Assembly: GCF_023055435.1 (NCBI RefSeq)
Contig: NW_025964290.1
Location: 310,001-374,000, forward strand
DNA from: Haliotis rufescens
Taxonomy: Eukaryota
Length of the DNA: 64,000 nucleotides
Direction: 5' to 3'
Positions within the stretch are counted from its first letter, which is position 1. Every line of letters starts with the position of its first letter. Shown here piece by piece: positions 1 to 10,916 of this stretch. A program made the position numbers and the translations under genes. The notes below the pieces were generated by a model. The model saw only the letters and a program-made list of their open reading frames with translations, was not told the origin of the DNA and did no database searches.

Positions 1-393
1 TGCCCCGTTTTCTCCCATTGTAAAATGGCGGGTCAGGCGGAGTTATTGAAAGCCCAGTTGATGCGGTCGTTTAATTCCATGTAGTATGTATACTATTTCG
101 TGACAACAGTGAGCTGACACGAAATATTAACGAAAATATCACTGTCGAAAATTGGGGTGTGTGTCATTGTTTACATTTCACCGATGTAACGACCACTTTC
201 GAGTCTCGAAACAACTTAAATAATGTTTTCCTTCATTAAAAGTAACAATGGGCGTTATTCTCGTGACGTATACATTGCAAGAGGATTCATGCAAATGCTA
301 AGAAAAAAAAATAACCACCCGTTCTAGCGTTTTTCTATAGTAAATACATGTCGTGCCCGCCATGTTTGGTTGTCTAGTGGAGGCGGACATTGT

Positions 394-557
394 GCAGTCA
401 TTGCCTGGGTCAGTGTAGCGCCAGTGCAGTCATTGCCTGGGTCAGTGTAGCGCCCGCGCAGTCATTGCCTGGGTCAGTGTAGCGCCCGCGCAGTCATTGC
501 CTGGGTCAGTGTAGCGCCCGCGCAGTCATTGCCTGGGTCAGTGTAGCGCCCGCGCAG
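394..557. repeat. 32-bp tandem repeat x5
   Basis: Unit GCAGTCATTGCCTGGGTCAGTGTAGCGCCCGC starts at 394, 426, 458, 490 and 522. Confidence 0.95.
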
Positions 558-579
558 CATACCCAGGGAACCAGGCTGG

Positions 580-2010
580 GTGGAGAGAGAGGCGGAGAGG
601 GAGTTGGAGAGAGAGTTGGAGAGAGAGGTGGAGAGAGAGTTGGAGAGAGAGGTGGAGAGACTGGAGGAGAGAGAGGTGGAGAGAGAGCTGGAGAGAGAGG
701 TGGAGAGAGAGGTGGAGAGAGAGTTGAAGAGAGAGTTGGAGAGAGAGGTGGAGAGAGAGGTGGAGAGAGAGTTGGAGAGGGAGGTTGAGAGAGAGTTGGA
801 GAGAGAGGTGGAGAGAGGTGGAGAGAGGTGGAGAGAGAGTTGGAGAGAGGTGAAGAGAGAGGTGGAGAGACTGGAGGAGAGAGAGGTGGAGAGAGAGGTG
901 AAGAGAGAGGTGGAGAGAGAGGTGGAGAGACTGGAGGAGAGAGAGGTGGAGAGAGAGTTGGAGAGAGAGGTGGAGAGAGAGGTGGAGAGACTGGAGGAGA
1001 GAGAGGTGGAGTGAGAGATGGAGAGAGAGGTGGAGAGAGAGTTGGAGAGAGAGGTGGAGAGAGAGGTGGAGAGAGTGGAGACAGAGGTGGAGAGAGAGGT
1101 GGAGAGAGAGTTGGAGAGAGAGGTGGAGAGAGAGGTGGAGAGACTGGAGGAGAGAGAGTTGGAGAGAGAGGTGGAGAGAGAGGTGGAGAGAGAGTTGGAG
1201 AGAGAGGTGGAGACAGAGGTGGAGAGAGAGGTGGAGAGAGAGGTGGAGAGACTGGAGGAGAAAGAGTTGGAGAGAGAGGTGGAGAGAGAGGTGGAGAGAC
1301 TGAAGGAGAGAGAGTTGGAGAGAGAGGTGGAGAGAGAGGTGGAGAGACTGGAGGAGAGAGAGTTGGAGAGAGAGGTGGAGAGAGAGGTGGAGAGAGAGTT
1401 GGAGAGAGAGGTGGAGAGAGTTGGAGAGAGAGGTGGAGAGAGAGTTTGAGAGAGAGGTGGAGAGAGAGTTGGAGAGAGAGTTGGAGAGAGAGGTGGAGAG
1501 ACTGGAGGAGAGAGAGGTGGAGAGAGAGTTGGAGAGAGAGGTGGAGAGAGAGGTGGAGAGAGAGTTGGAGAGAGAGGTGGAGAGAGAGGTGGAGAAACTG
1601 GAGGAGAGAGAGTTAGAGAGAGAGTTGGAGAGAGAGGTGGAGAGACTGGAGGAGAGAGAGTTGGAGAGAGAGGTGGAGAGACTGGAGGAGAGAGAGTTGG
1701 AGAGAGAGGTGGAGAGACTGGAGGAGAGAGAGTTGGAGAGAGAGGTGGAGAGAGAGTTGGAGAGAGAGGTGGAGAGAGAGGTGGAGAGAGAGATGGAGAG
1801 AGAGTTGGAGAGAGAGGTGGAGAGAGAGTTGGAGAGAGAGGTGGAGAGAGAGGTGGAGAGGCTGGAGGAGAGAGAGGTGGAGAGACTGGAGGAGAGAGAG
1901 GTGGAGAGACTGGAGGAGAGAGAGGTGGAGAGACTGGAGGAGAGAGAGTTGGAGAGAGAGTTGGAGAGAGAGGTGGAGAGAGAGTTGGAGAGAGAGGTGG
2001 AGAGAGTGGT
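580..2010. repeat. GA-rich purine tract, ~12-bp unit minisatellite
   Basis: GAGAGAGGTGGA / GAGAGAGTTGGA / GAGACTGGAGGA units over ~1.4 kb. Confidence 0.95.
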
Positions 2011-2053
2011 GGTGACTCTTGGTCTGCCGGGGCTGACTGAGCTCCATGGTGGA

Positions 2054-2261
2054 ATTGTTTGTGTGTTGTTTTTGTTTGTTGTTTAACGCCGCACGGCGGT
2101 CTGTAAATCTGGACCAAACAATCCAGTGATTGATACCGTGAGCATCGACCCACCAATTGGGATACGGCATGCATCAACCAAGACAGCGAACCTGACGAAC
2201 CGATCCCGTTAGTCGCCTCTTACTGAAGTCGAATTTGAATGCAGGGCATATCTTCGCGGGT
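2054..2261 (-). mobile_element. Short retroposon family A (tRNA-less SINE-like), internally deleted copy
   Basis: Reverse strand carries the GAACCCGCGAAGAT start, TAAGAGGCGACTAACGGGATC, CACTGGATTGTTTGGTCCAGA and the GCGGCGTTAAACAACAAAC tail. Degenerate TSD TCCATGGT(T)GGA on both sides. Confidence 0.8.
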
Positions 2262-3173
2262 TCCATGGTTGGATTAACCGACGTCACACTGCCTAGGACA
2301 GCACCGGAATGTTCAGGTTAAATGGGAGATGTCCTGGCAATTAAACCATTCAATGTCAAAATTAATTCCCATGGTTAAGAAGAGTATTTTGGTTGGCATC
2401 GTTAAACCAATTGTATTTCTATATGTATTAGATCTTTATATCAGTATCTCTTGGTAAGAGTCTAGAGTCCATAAATATATTATGGATACCAAGGTAAAAT
2501 GTGTATTTCATAAAAAAATCACAGACTTTGTTTTTTATGAAATGTGGAATATTAGATTACTTACAATGTTGAAACAATGTCAGATATCAACGTTTTCTTT
2601 TTCAAATCTGGAAAGGCCAATGTTGACACTTTCAACGCAGCTACATCAGATCATTCAAATGTCAACATGGAAACAATGCCTGGTGCCCGCAGAGTCGGGA
2701 GTTCGTAAAAACTGATTGGAAACTTTCAACAAATTTAAACAAGGGGCAAATGAAAGTATACCAAGCTTGTTTTTTAGGTCATTTGAAATTAAGAGAACTG
2801 TTCTTGAATATGAATATGTCTATTTCACCATCTTTCATTTGGTGCAGTTGGTAGACAGTAATCGGGGGCTGGGTAATGCATGGTAATGCTGGGTAATGCT
2901 GGGTAATGCTGGGTAATAATAATTGGTTCAATGAAGACTGGGGTTAGAAACGAAGAAATCACATGCCCCCCGCCATGTTTGAAATGTTGTATATTTGTGC
3001 CGAAAAGTCAAACGTTTTTATTTACAAAGACAGGATTCTACCACACCCACCAGTAGTAACTATTGTGTATCATGCTTTTGTTTTTTTCATTTTTAAAAGT
3101 TAGTTATCAAATTATATTTAAAAAACCCCATAAAACCATGTAGACGTATTGTTTAAATGCTGACTTAGCGCCA

Positions 3174-3760
3174 GTACAACATCGCCAACAGTTCATTGTG
3201 TGAATACAACATCGCCAACAGTTCATTGTTTGAATACACCATCGCCAACAGTTCATTGTTTGAATACAACATCGCCAACAGTTCATTGTTTGAATACAGC
3301 ATCGCCAACAGTTCATTGTTTGAATACAGCATCGCCAACAGTTCATTGTTTGAATACACCATCGCCAACAGTTCATTGTTTGAATACACCATCGCCAACA
3401 GTTCATTGTTTGAATACACCATCGCCAACAGTTCATTGTTTGAACACAACATCGCCAACAGTTCATTGTTTGAACACAACATAGCCAACAGTTCATTGTT
3501 TGAATACAACATCGCCAACAGTTCATTGTTTGAATACAACATCGCCAACAGTTCATTGTTTGAATACAACATCGCCAACTGTTCATTGTTTGAATACAAC
3601 ATCGCCAACAGTTCATTGTTTGAATACAACATCGCCAACAGTTCATTGTTTGAATACAACATCGCCAACAGTTCATTGTTTGAATACAACATCGCCAACA
3701 GTTCATTGTTTGAATACAACATCGCCAACAGTTCATTGTTTGAATACAACATCGACAACT
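3174..3760. repeat. 30-bp minisatellite x~19
   Basis: Near-perfect TACAACATCGCCAACAGTTCATTGTTTGAA units. Confidence 0.97.
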
Positions 3761-4782
3761 TCAACTGAGCACCAGGCATAAGATAACATCAACGAAGCGG
3801 GATAGTTCCATTCGACCTCTTCAGTTTATTTAATGTTTCATAATTATTAGTGAAAGAATTTGAAACTTACCAAAATACATTGCTTCAGTGTGACACTTTT
3901 TATTTTTTATTTGTAAGACTATTTCTTGCTCATTCAAGTCCTAGCCTGGAGTTGATAACTGTCAATGGATATTGAAGAAGATACAATTTTATATCATTCA
4001 GAGGTATCTACTCGTGACTACCACATGGGTTGGTAAAACCGACATATGCTGGATTCGGAAGCTTTCACAGTTTCCAGGGATAATTAACAAAGACAGCGAC
4101 GCAATTCAGGGACTTAGAAAACGTACGACGCCATGATAACAAGTTTACACAGAAACTAGCCAGGTGTTGTCATCACCGTTATCAAGCTGGAGTTGTTATC
4201 CATGTGCGAATCAAGTAGTTAATTCGGGGATTGTCGAGCCTGTACTCTGGTACGCTAAGCTCTACATGGCGATTGTTATAATGATTATTGACGCGTGTTC
4301 ACCAAGCTGTCAGACACCGTACTGTGGTGACGCGTGTCCATACAGCGCACTGGGGTGACGAATCAATGCGTGTATTATGTGTACAATACAATGTCAGCGT
4401 ACACCAGTAGAGCCTTTTGCCTGGATCGGTAGAGACACCGCCGACACAACGCTGCTACTTGCACCATCCTCAACATCATGTATGCGTGTACAACGTCATC
4501 ATATACCGAGCACTGCGCTTAAGGTGAGAACGATTGTCCCACAAAGATGAGGAATGGAGTGTGGTTTAACATCATCAGCATTGTGTCACCCTAACGACTG
4601 AATTTGCGAGGACAGCTTCACGTACGACGTGGACGTCTACGACTTCAGCGGTTTGGGTAGATCAAATGAACATCTAACCCACGCTGTCGCTTGGAACTAA
4701 CTGTAAACTGCGCATGTCCATGTATGTGTTCTATAACCTGACTGCTGCACCAGGGTGTCCCAGTCAATGACTGATACTGGTA

Positions 4783-4945
4783 GACCGCCTCCTGGTGAAG
4801 CGATAATGAATAGGGCGTCTGCTCGGAGAGCGGAAGGTCGATGGTTCGATCGTCGTTGTTACTTGTTGTTACCCTGCCTGGAGCTCGTCATTAACGGCTG
4901 GTCGGCTCGGAGTCAGTTTACTGTGCCTTAGTTGGGTATTCATAT
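4783..4945 (+). mobile_element. Degenerate tRNA-head Meta-type SINE
   Basis: Aligns by eye to the copy at 6644 (GACCGCCTCC start, GGTTCGAT B box, TACTTGTTGTTACCCTGCCTGG, GGTCGGCTCGGAGTCAGT). Confidence 0.65.
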
Positions 4946-4955
4946 ATGGGGTATA

Positions 4956-6501
4956 TAAACTAGTGTCCAAAAGAAACGATACCAACTTATTTTCAAAATT
5001 GTTTTTTACTAAGTGAATTGTCAAGTATGAAAACATGCCAATTCGTATTGCACATCCCAAACACAGCATAGTCGATAAAAAATACCGGGAACACGTGATC
5101 ACTTCCGGGAAAAAACGTAAATTTCGTGAAAGTGACATTTCCCTCTCTAGCATGTTCTGCACGTGCAGAAAAACTGTATAAAACGGCTGATCAGACACGT
5201 TGATATCACAGCAACAAAAAGAACACAAGATATGCCACGTTTGACAGCCATCGAGAGAGAGAGAGCCGTTGGAATGGTCCAACAAGGAGCGTCACACGTC
5301 GACGTCGCCAGAAGGTTGGGCTGCGCACGCATCACTATCACCAGGTTGATGCAGCGGTTACGTCAGACAGGTCAGACGTCAGACAGGCCCAGGAGTGGAA
5401 GACCACGAGTAACCACGCCCCGTGAAGATCGTTACATCCGGGTATTACACCCGAGGAACCGCACCGTAACAGCGACGTCCACGGCGGCTACAGCACTGGG
5501 ACACAGGATCAGTCGACAGACCGTCTACAGGAGACTACGGCAGTATGGTATCCGGCCACGTCATCCCTACCGCGGACCGCTCCTGACGCCTCGACACCGG
5601 AACAACAGACTGATCTGGGCCAGGCGAGTTCGACGTTGGCAACGGCGGGACTGGGCACGTGTTATGTTCTCTGATGAGAGCAGATTCCTCATCTTCAGAA
5701 ACGATGGACGGCAGCTTGTATACCGACGATTTGGTGAACGTTTGGCGCCTAACTGTATCCAACAGGTCCGGCCGTTTGGAGGTGGAGGGTTAATGGTTTG
5801 GGGTGGCATATGTGGGGACGTCAAAACGATGCTTGTCGTAATTCGTGGAAACCTGAATGCACAGCGTTATCTTGATGACATCCTACGGCCTGTTGTGGTG
5901 CCCTTTATTCAGCAACAGACTCGTGGACTCCTTTTCCAACATGACAATGCAAGGCCACACACAGCAAGATTGACACAGAACTTCCTTGCCAACGCCAACG
6001 TACAGGTTTTGCCATGGCCCGCATGTTCAACGGACATGAATCCCATCGAGCACTTATGGGACCACCTCGATCGGCAAATCCGACGTCGCCGTGTGCCTCC
6101 AGTCAACGTCCAGGACTTGGAACGATGTCTCCTCGAGGAATGGCAACGCATCACTCCCAACGTCATCAGACGTTTGACGTCATCAGTCCGTAGGCGTGTT
6201 CTGGCATGTATTGATGCTCACGGTGGACATACCCGCTACTGACTTGACTTTGAGACGTGTGGTGTGACATTTCCCGTTGTTCTGTGATCAGTGCTCTAAC
6301 GCAATGTTCATTTTTCGACCCCACCCATCTTTAAAGGCTTGTCATATTGGTTGTACAGATTTTATTGAAATGAATTTTTTGTACAGATGTTGTGAAAGGA
6401 TTTCTCAAAAGCATAACACCAATCCTAAACTTCTGCATTGTTTAGTTTTTCTTTTATGTCGTTGCAAACAGGTGGTATCGTTTCTTTTGGACACTAGTTT
6501 A
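4956..6501 (+). mobile_element. Full-length Tc1/mariner DNA transposon
   Basis: Perfect ~29-bp TIRs (TAAACTAGTGTCCAAAAGAAACGATACCA and its reverse complement ending at 6501), flanked by TA at 4954-4955 and 6502-6503, enclosing a transposase ORF. Confidence 0.95.
5232..6242 (+). CDS. Tc1-family DD34E transposase, 336 aa, intact
   Basis: Starts MPRLTAIERERAVG. Paired-like HTH and GRPR motif, then FSDESRF / FQHDNARPH / DMNPIEHLW with 34 residues between the second D and E. Ends GGHTRY. Confidence 0.95.
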   Translation: MPRLTAIERERAVGMVQQGASHVDVARRLGCARITITRLMQRLRQTGQTSDRPRSGRPRVTTPREDRYIRVLHPRNRTVTATSTAATALGHRISRQTVYRRLRQYGIRPRHPYRGPLLTPRHRNNRLIWARRVRRWQRRDWARVMFSDESRFLIFRNDGRQLVYRRFGERLAPNCIQQVRPFGGGGLMVWGGICGDVKTMLVVIRGNLNAQRYLDDILRPVVVPFIQQQTRGLLFQHDNARPHTARLTQNFLANANVQVLPWPACSTDMNPIEHLWDHLDRQIRRRRVPPVNVQDLERCLLEEWQRITPNVIRRLTSSVRRRVLACIDAHGGHTRY

Positions 6502-6643
6502 TATTCATTAATACATATAATATATTTTTGTATTTTGAAAATACGTAATACATCCACATACCACTATCGAACTCATATGAAAAGAAATTGTACTCTTGGC
6601 CAGGTGGTCTTCAATACTGATTCTCTCTCCCCTCTCTCCTTTC

Positions 6644-6956
6644 GACCGCCTCCGTGGTCTAGTAGTAGAGCGTCCGCCCGGAATGCGGAAGGTCCGGGGT
6701 TCGATCCCCGGCCGTGTCATACCAAAAGACGTTAAAAGATGGTACTTGTTGTTACCCTGTCTGGCGCTCGGCATTAAGGGGCTAAAACAAGGACTGGTCG
6801 GCTCGGAGTCAGTATACTGTGTCTCAGTCGGCTAGCACTATAAATCGGCATCAGTCCGGACTAGTACAAGCAGCCACACACACACGTGCCTGCACGTCGC
6901 TATATAAGTGCAATAATCTTGGACGCGACGTTAAATCCAATTTTCACCTCACCTCA
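6644..6956 (+). mobile_element. tRNA-derived SINE with Meta-type central domain
   Basis: A box TGGTCTAGTAG, B box GGTTCGATCCC, central GTCATACCAAAAGACGTTAAAAGATGGTACTTGTTGTTACCCTGTCTGGCGCTC, (CACCT)n tail. Perfect 13-bp TSD CCTCTCTCCTTTC at 6631-6643 and 6957-6969. The Meta assignment is from recalled similarity. Confidence 0.85.
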
Positions 6957-7113
6957 CCTCTCTCCTTTCTATCTCTCTCTTTCTCCTCTCTCACTCCTCT
7001 GCTCTCGCTCTCTCCTCTCTGTCACACTCTCTCATCTCCCCTTTGCTCTCTCGTCATACATAACTTACATAAGAGCTCTTCAGAGAACCGTGATGTGTAT
7101 TTCAGTGACCACC

Positions 7114-8424
7114 ATGATCAGGAGGAAGCTGTATGCCCTGTTTGCCCTGCTGATTCTGTGTTTCTCCTACAAGCTGTATGTAGAACTTACCATCCTCCTG
7201 GTACACGAGGACACACCCCCAGGGAGTAGAAGACACGTGGCTGATGACGTCAGACAACCTAAACAACACCCTTGCTTCTCCGACATCCGTGGCAAGAAGA
7301 AGTTCCAGTGTCAAGAACTAGTCCGCGGCAGGGGATTCCACGCGTTCGCCAACCAGAGCCTCTCCAACAAACGACTCCACCAAGAGCAAGACTGTGATTT
7401 CCTAGTAGCTTTACAAGACTGTGAGTCACTAAGAGAACAACACGGTTACCTGGATAAACCGGTGGCGCTGAAGGAGAAGCACTTCGCCATTGCATACACT
7501 ATAAAGGTGCATAAATCCCCGCGCCAGGTTGAACAACTACTGCGGAACATCTATCGACCACACAACGTCTACTGTGTTCACGTCGACGGGTCGTCGCGGC
7601 GGATGTTTCAAGTCATGAAACAGCTGTCGGAATGTTTTCATAACGTAATCGTTATTCAAAAGATAAATGTGGTGTATTTTTCCATAGGCCTGTTACAGAC
7701 GGACCTTGTGTGTATGGAGGAACTGCTCAAGTCCAACATACGGTGGAAGTATTATATCAATTTGGCAGGGCAGGAATTCCCTCTGAAAACAAATTTGGAA
7801 ATAGTAGAAATTTTACAAGCCTTGAATGGAACTAACGATATTGAGGCGTATCCCTTTCCCGACTTCATCAAGTCTCGGTACTTGACCCATAAGTACATAG
7901 AAAATGGCGTCTTGAAAAGGTCCCACATTCCTAAAGAGCCGTTTAAGCACAACATAACATTTTACAAAGGAAGCATGTACGGTATGTTTTCTAGAAAGTT
8001 TGTTGAGTTTGTGATGACAGGTGAGATCGCAAGGGACTTTGTTCTCTGGCTCAACGACACCTTCGCCCCGGAGGAGATGATGTGGGGCACGCTGAACGCT
8101 CTGCCCGACGCCCCAGGGGGGTACAGCGTGGTGGTGGACCACAAGAAAGGGGGGTTCCTGTCGAGGGCGATGGTGTGGAAGGATGACGACGACGTCTGTG
8201 AGGGCGAGTACGTCCACGGTGTGTGTGTGTTCAGCTTCAGGGACCTGCCCTGGTTGAGTCGCAGACCGGAAGTGGTGGCTAACAAGGTGGACGTTCAGAA
8301 GGACCAGGTTGTCATCGACTGTCTGGAGGAGGCGCTGCAGGCCAGGGCGTACACGGGGAACACCTCCACCCTCGACTGGACGTTCTATAACGCAGCTCCA
8401 CATATGCACATACACAGAAACTAG
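7114..8424 (+). CDS. Core-2/I-branching beta-1,6-N-acetylglucosaminyltransferase (GT14, GCNT family), 436 aa, single coding exon
   Basis: Acceptor TATTTCAG then ACCACCATG. Type II TM anchor (LYALFALLILCFSY). Motifs FAIAYTIKVHK, IYRPHNVYCVHVD, WKYYINLAGQEFPLKTN, YKGSMY, APEE..W.TLN, C.G.YVHGVCVF...DL.WL, ANK. The upstream part of ORF 6886 is SINE/intron. Confidence 0.93.
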   Translation: MIRRKLYALFALLILCFSYKLYVELTILLVHEDTPPGSRRHVADDVRQPKQHPCFSDIRGKKKFQCQELVRGRGFHAFANQSLSNKRLHQEQDCDFLVALQDCESLREQHGYLDKPVALKEKHFAIAYTIKVHKSPRQVEQLLRNIYRPHNVYCVHVDGSSRRMFQVMKQLSECFHNVIVIQKINVVYFSIGLLQTDLVCMEELLKSNIRWKYYINLAGQEFPLKTNLEIVEILQALNGTNDIEAYPFPDFIKSRYLTHKYIENGVLKRSHIPKEPFKHNITFYKGSMYGMFSRKFVEFVMTGEIARDFVLWLNDTFAPEEMMWGTLNALPDAPGGYSVVVDHKKGGFLSRAMVWKDDDDVCEGEYVHGVCVFSFRDLPWLSRRPEVVANKVDVQKDQVVIDCLEEALQARAYTGNTSTLDWTFYNAAPHMHIHRN

Positions 8425-8667
8425 GCAGGTGTTTTCATTACTTATTTATGAGTCCTTAGTAAAACTTTCAAGAGCAGACGTGAGGAGGACGTCTTCAAAT
8501 TTGACGCATCACTGACAAAAATAATGCAATTCTCATTTGTTACAAGAGCACAATTAACACTTGCCTTTGCATGTGTTTGTGACGGAGGCCACTGTTGAGT
8601 CCGGGTCCGCTTACCTTTTCGTGAACATCTGATATCCTGATATCGTTACTATTTGATAGTGATTTAT

Positions 8668-8939
8668 TTTATTTTATTGTTAAATTATTGTTTAACGCCG
8701 CACTCAGCAATATTCCAGCTATATGACGGCGACCAGTAAATAATCGAGTCTGGACCAGACAATCCAATGATTACCGTCATGAGCATCGATCCACGCAATT
8801 GGGATCGATGACATGCATCAACCAAGTCATAGAGTCTGACCACCCGAACCCGTAAGTCGCCTCTTACGACAAGCATAGTGGCCTTTTACGGCAAGTATGG
8901 GTTGCTGAAGACCTATTCCACCCCTGATCTTCCTGGGGC
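8668..8939 (-). mobile_element. Short retroposon family A, full-length
   Basis: Reverse strand reads GCCCCAGGAAGATCAGGGGTGGAATAGGTCTTCAGCAACCC...GCGGCGTTAAACAAT. Degenerate TSD GATAGTGATTTAT / GATAGTAATTCAT. Confidence 0.88.
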
Positions 8940-9529
8940 GATAGTAATTCATAAACGCAAGCTGATGGTATACCGGAATCATCGTACAATGTACAATGGT
9001 TTCTTGTGATTGTGGTAAAGGATTTGTCGCTTTTACTTCTTTAGATAAAAACCGCGGTTGTGCAGTCGTGATATATCTGAAGGTATGGGTGGAGTGAAGG
9101 GCGTGGCACGAGGACACCCCCGTGCATTGTGAGACAGGCTGGTGACGGTGACGGTGACGGTGACGGTGTGCAGCACGCGCTAGACTCACCTGGAGGGGAA
9201 GTCGCGGCAAACTCACTCACTCACTCTCCACACACTTGGAGACTTTGAACCAGTATCATATGTAGAGGAAATATAGAAATACAGCTTGTAGCAATTAAGA
9301 ACTCTTCATATGTATCCATTTCATTACAAATAAACACTTCAATGATTTGCACAGGCCAGCAGTGTTGTAGTCAAGGGCAGGTTGAAGATAGCATGGACGG
9401 AAACAAAGATTCTGCTTATTTTGTTTTCTATTTATTCAGCATTTGTAACATCAATAATAAAAAAATTCAAATGTTTATATCATATTTTAATATTAATAAT
9501 TAATAATTAAGGAAGAGAATTTATAAAAG

Positions 9530-9602
9530 AACGTTTTGGAGTATATGCTTACTCCTTCATCACCTGATGAAGGAGTGTAAGTGTATACTCCGAAACGTTG
9601 TA
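9530..9602 (+). other. Palindrome with minimal hammerhead-ribozyme core (Penelope-like element remnant)
   Basis: CTGATGA (9564-9570), A, 8-bp stem GGAGTGTA/TATACTCC, GAAA (9592-9595), CGTT, GTA. An inverted degenerate copy lies directly upstream. Confidence 0.7.
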
Positions 9603-10277
9603 TTCCTCATAATAAGTTGACATCCATAAAAGCTGTTCCTTATTTGTATCACTACTAAATGCCTTTCAAAGACTTGATATTAACCATTATTTGTATCAGA
9701 TCGGTATATATAACGACGTTAAATAATTGTTTATTCTGATATAAAATAGATATCAGTTGATTCGGACCTTCTACAACGTGCTGATTACCTGTGGTAGTGA
9801 TACGAGCTGATGGAACTCATATCAATGCGTACTAGATTCGTATGGTCTCATAACCATCTGTGTTGATAACGATACGAGATAATAACCACATTACATTTGC
9901 TACTGGTCTAATAGAATATAGCATTCCCTGTGACAAGAATCAGAGTTATCACTTAACTGTCAATGTCCCAAATAGTACAATACAATCGTGACTAGACTCG
10001 TCGCTACGTTTTCATTTAACTCCAACACAAGTCAGGGATTCTAGAGTGAAGACGTTCTCACCCCAAACACAGCCCGCTGAGAATCACCAACACTGCAGTA
10101 ATTACACACGAGATCACACTACGTCGAGATCTTTATACAAGAGTTGAGACCTCAGTTTCACGGCTTCCACAGGACGGTATAGTCTGCACGACTATAATCC
10201 CTATGTTTTCATGGAAGCTCTACTGTGACCAGGTGATAGTGTTACGATGTGCTTTCCAAATATCAACCCAGGCATCG

Positions 10278-10437
10278 GAGTGAGTGAGTATTGTTTTACG
10301 CCGTTTTTAGCAATATTCCAGCAATATGACGGCGGGGGACACCAGAAATGGGCTTCACACATTGTACCCATGTCGGGAATCGAACCCGGGTCTCCGGCGT
10401 GATGAGCGAACGACTTAACCGCTAGGCTATTCCCCCC
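10278..10437 (-). mobile_element. tRNA(Asp-like)-derived SINE family B
   Basis: Reverse strand: TAGCCTAGCGG A box, GGTTCGATTCCC B box, GCTGGAATATTGCTAAAAACGGCGTAAA tail and (ACTC)n. Homologous to 14881 and 33025. Confidence 0.88.
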
Positions 10438-10916
10438 AGACATGGGGACGTCCAGGACTAAATGGGGGAATGATTAAATGACCTCACACGATGACTGAGT
10501 GGTGAGTACATACATCTGCTAGCACCGCTAGGTAAGCAACAATAAACCATCTTGAGGACGACAACTGCTTTCAACTGTTTTAATTTGTCCCAGTTTTACA
10601 ATAAAAATAAACGCCATGGAAGGGGTGAAATGTGTGACAGCTATTATAAGTAACAGGCCCTATAATATAAGTTCCTGCACTCGCGAATGACCAGAATCTG
10701 GTCACTTTTAATTGTGAATCGGGAAGAGTGTTGCCTGCGTTTGGCAAGTAGATCAGATGCCTCGTGTGGACCTCGCCTCACGCTTGTACAGACACAGCCA
10801 CCTGCCACATCGCGGGACTTACCGTAGTTCTGTGTTTGTCAACAACCAAGGGAGGCAACTCCATATCTGTCGCAACAGCTCTTGGTATTGTACGAGCGTT
10901 TCAATCTGTCAACAAT

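Noticed and set aside
474-2177. Long Ser/Pro/Leu and Glu/Arg ORFs
   Set aside because: They are translations of the stop-poor GA-rich 12-bp repeat, open in most frames.
3107-3781. NCWRCCIQT / YSNNELLA / EYNIANSSL repeat ORFs
   Set aside because: A 30-bp minisatellite open in five frames, with no unique coding flank or splice context.
6645-6715. Apparent tRNA genes (also 10365-10437, 33120-33186, 56560-56635)
   Set aside because: They are SINE heads with bodies, tails and TSDs; acceptor stems and cloverleaves are imperfect.
6886-7113. N-terminal extension of the GCNT ORF
   Set aside because: It lies in the SINE tail and CT-rich intron sequence; the acceptor plus Kozak ATG at 7114 is the better start.
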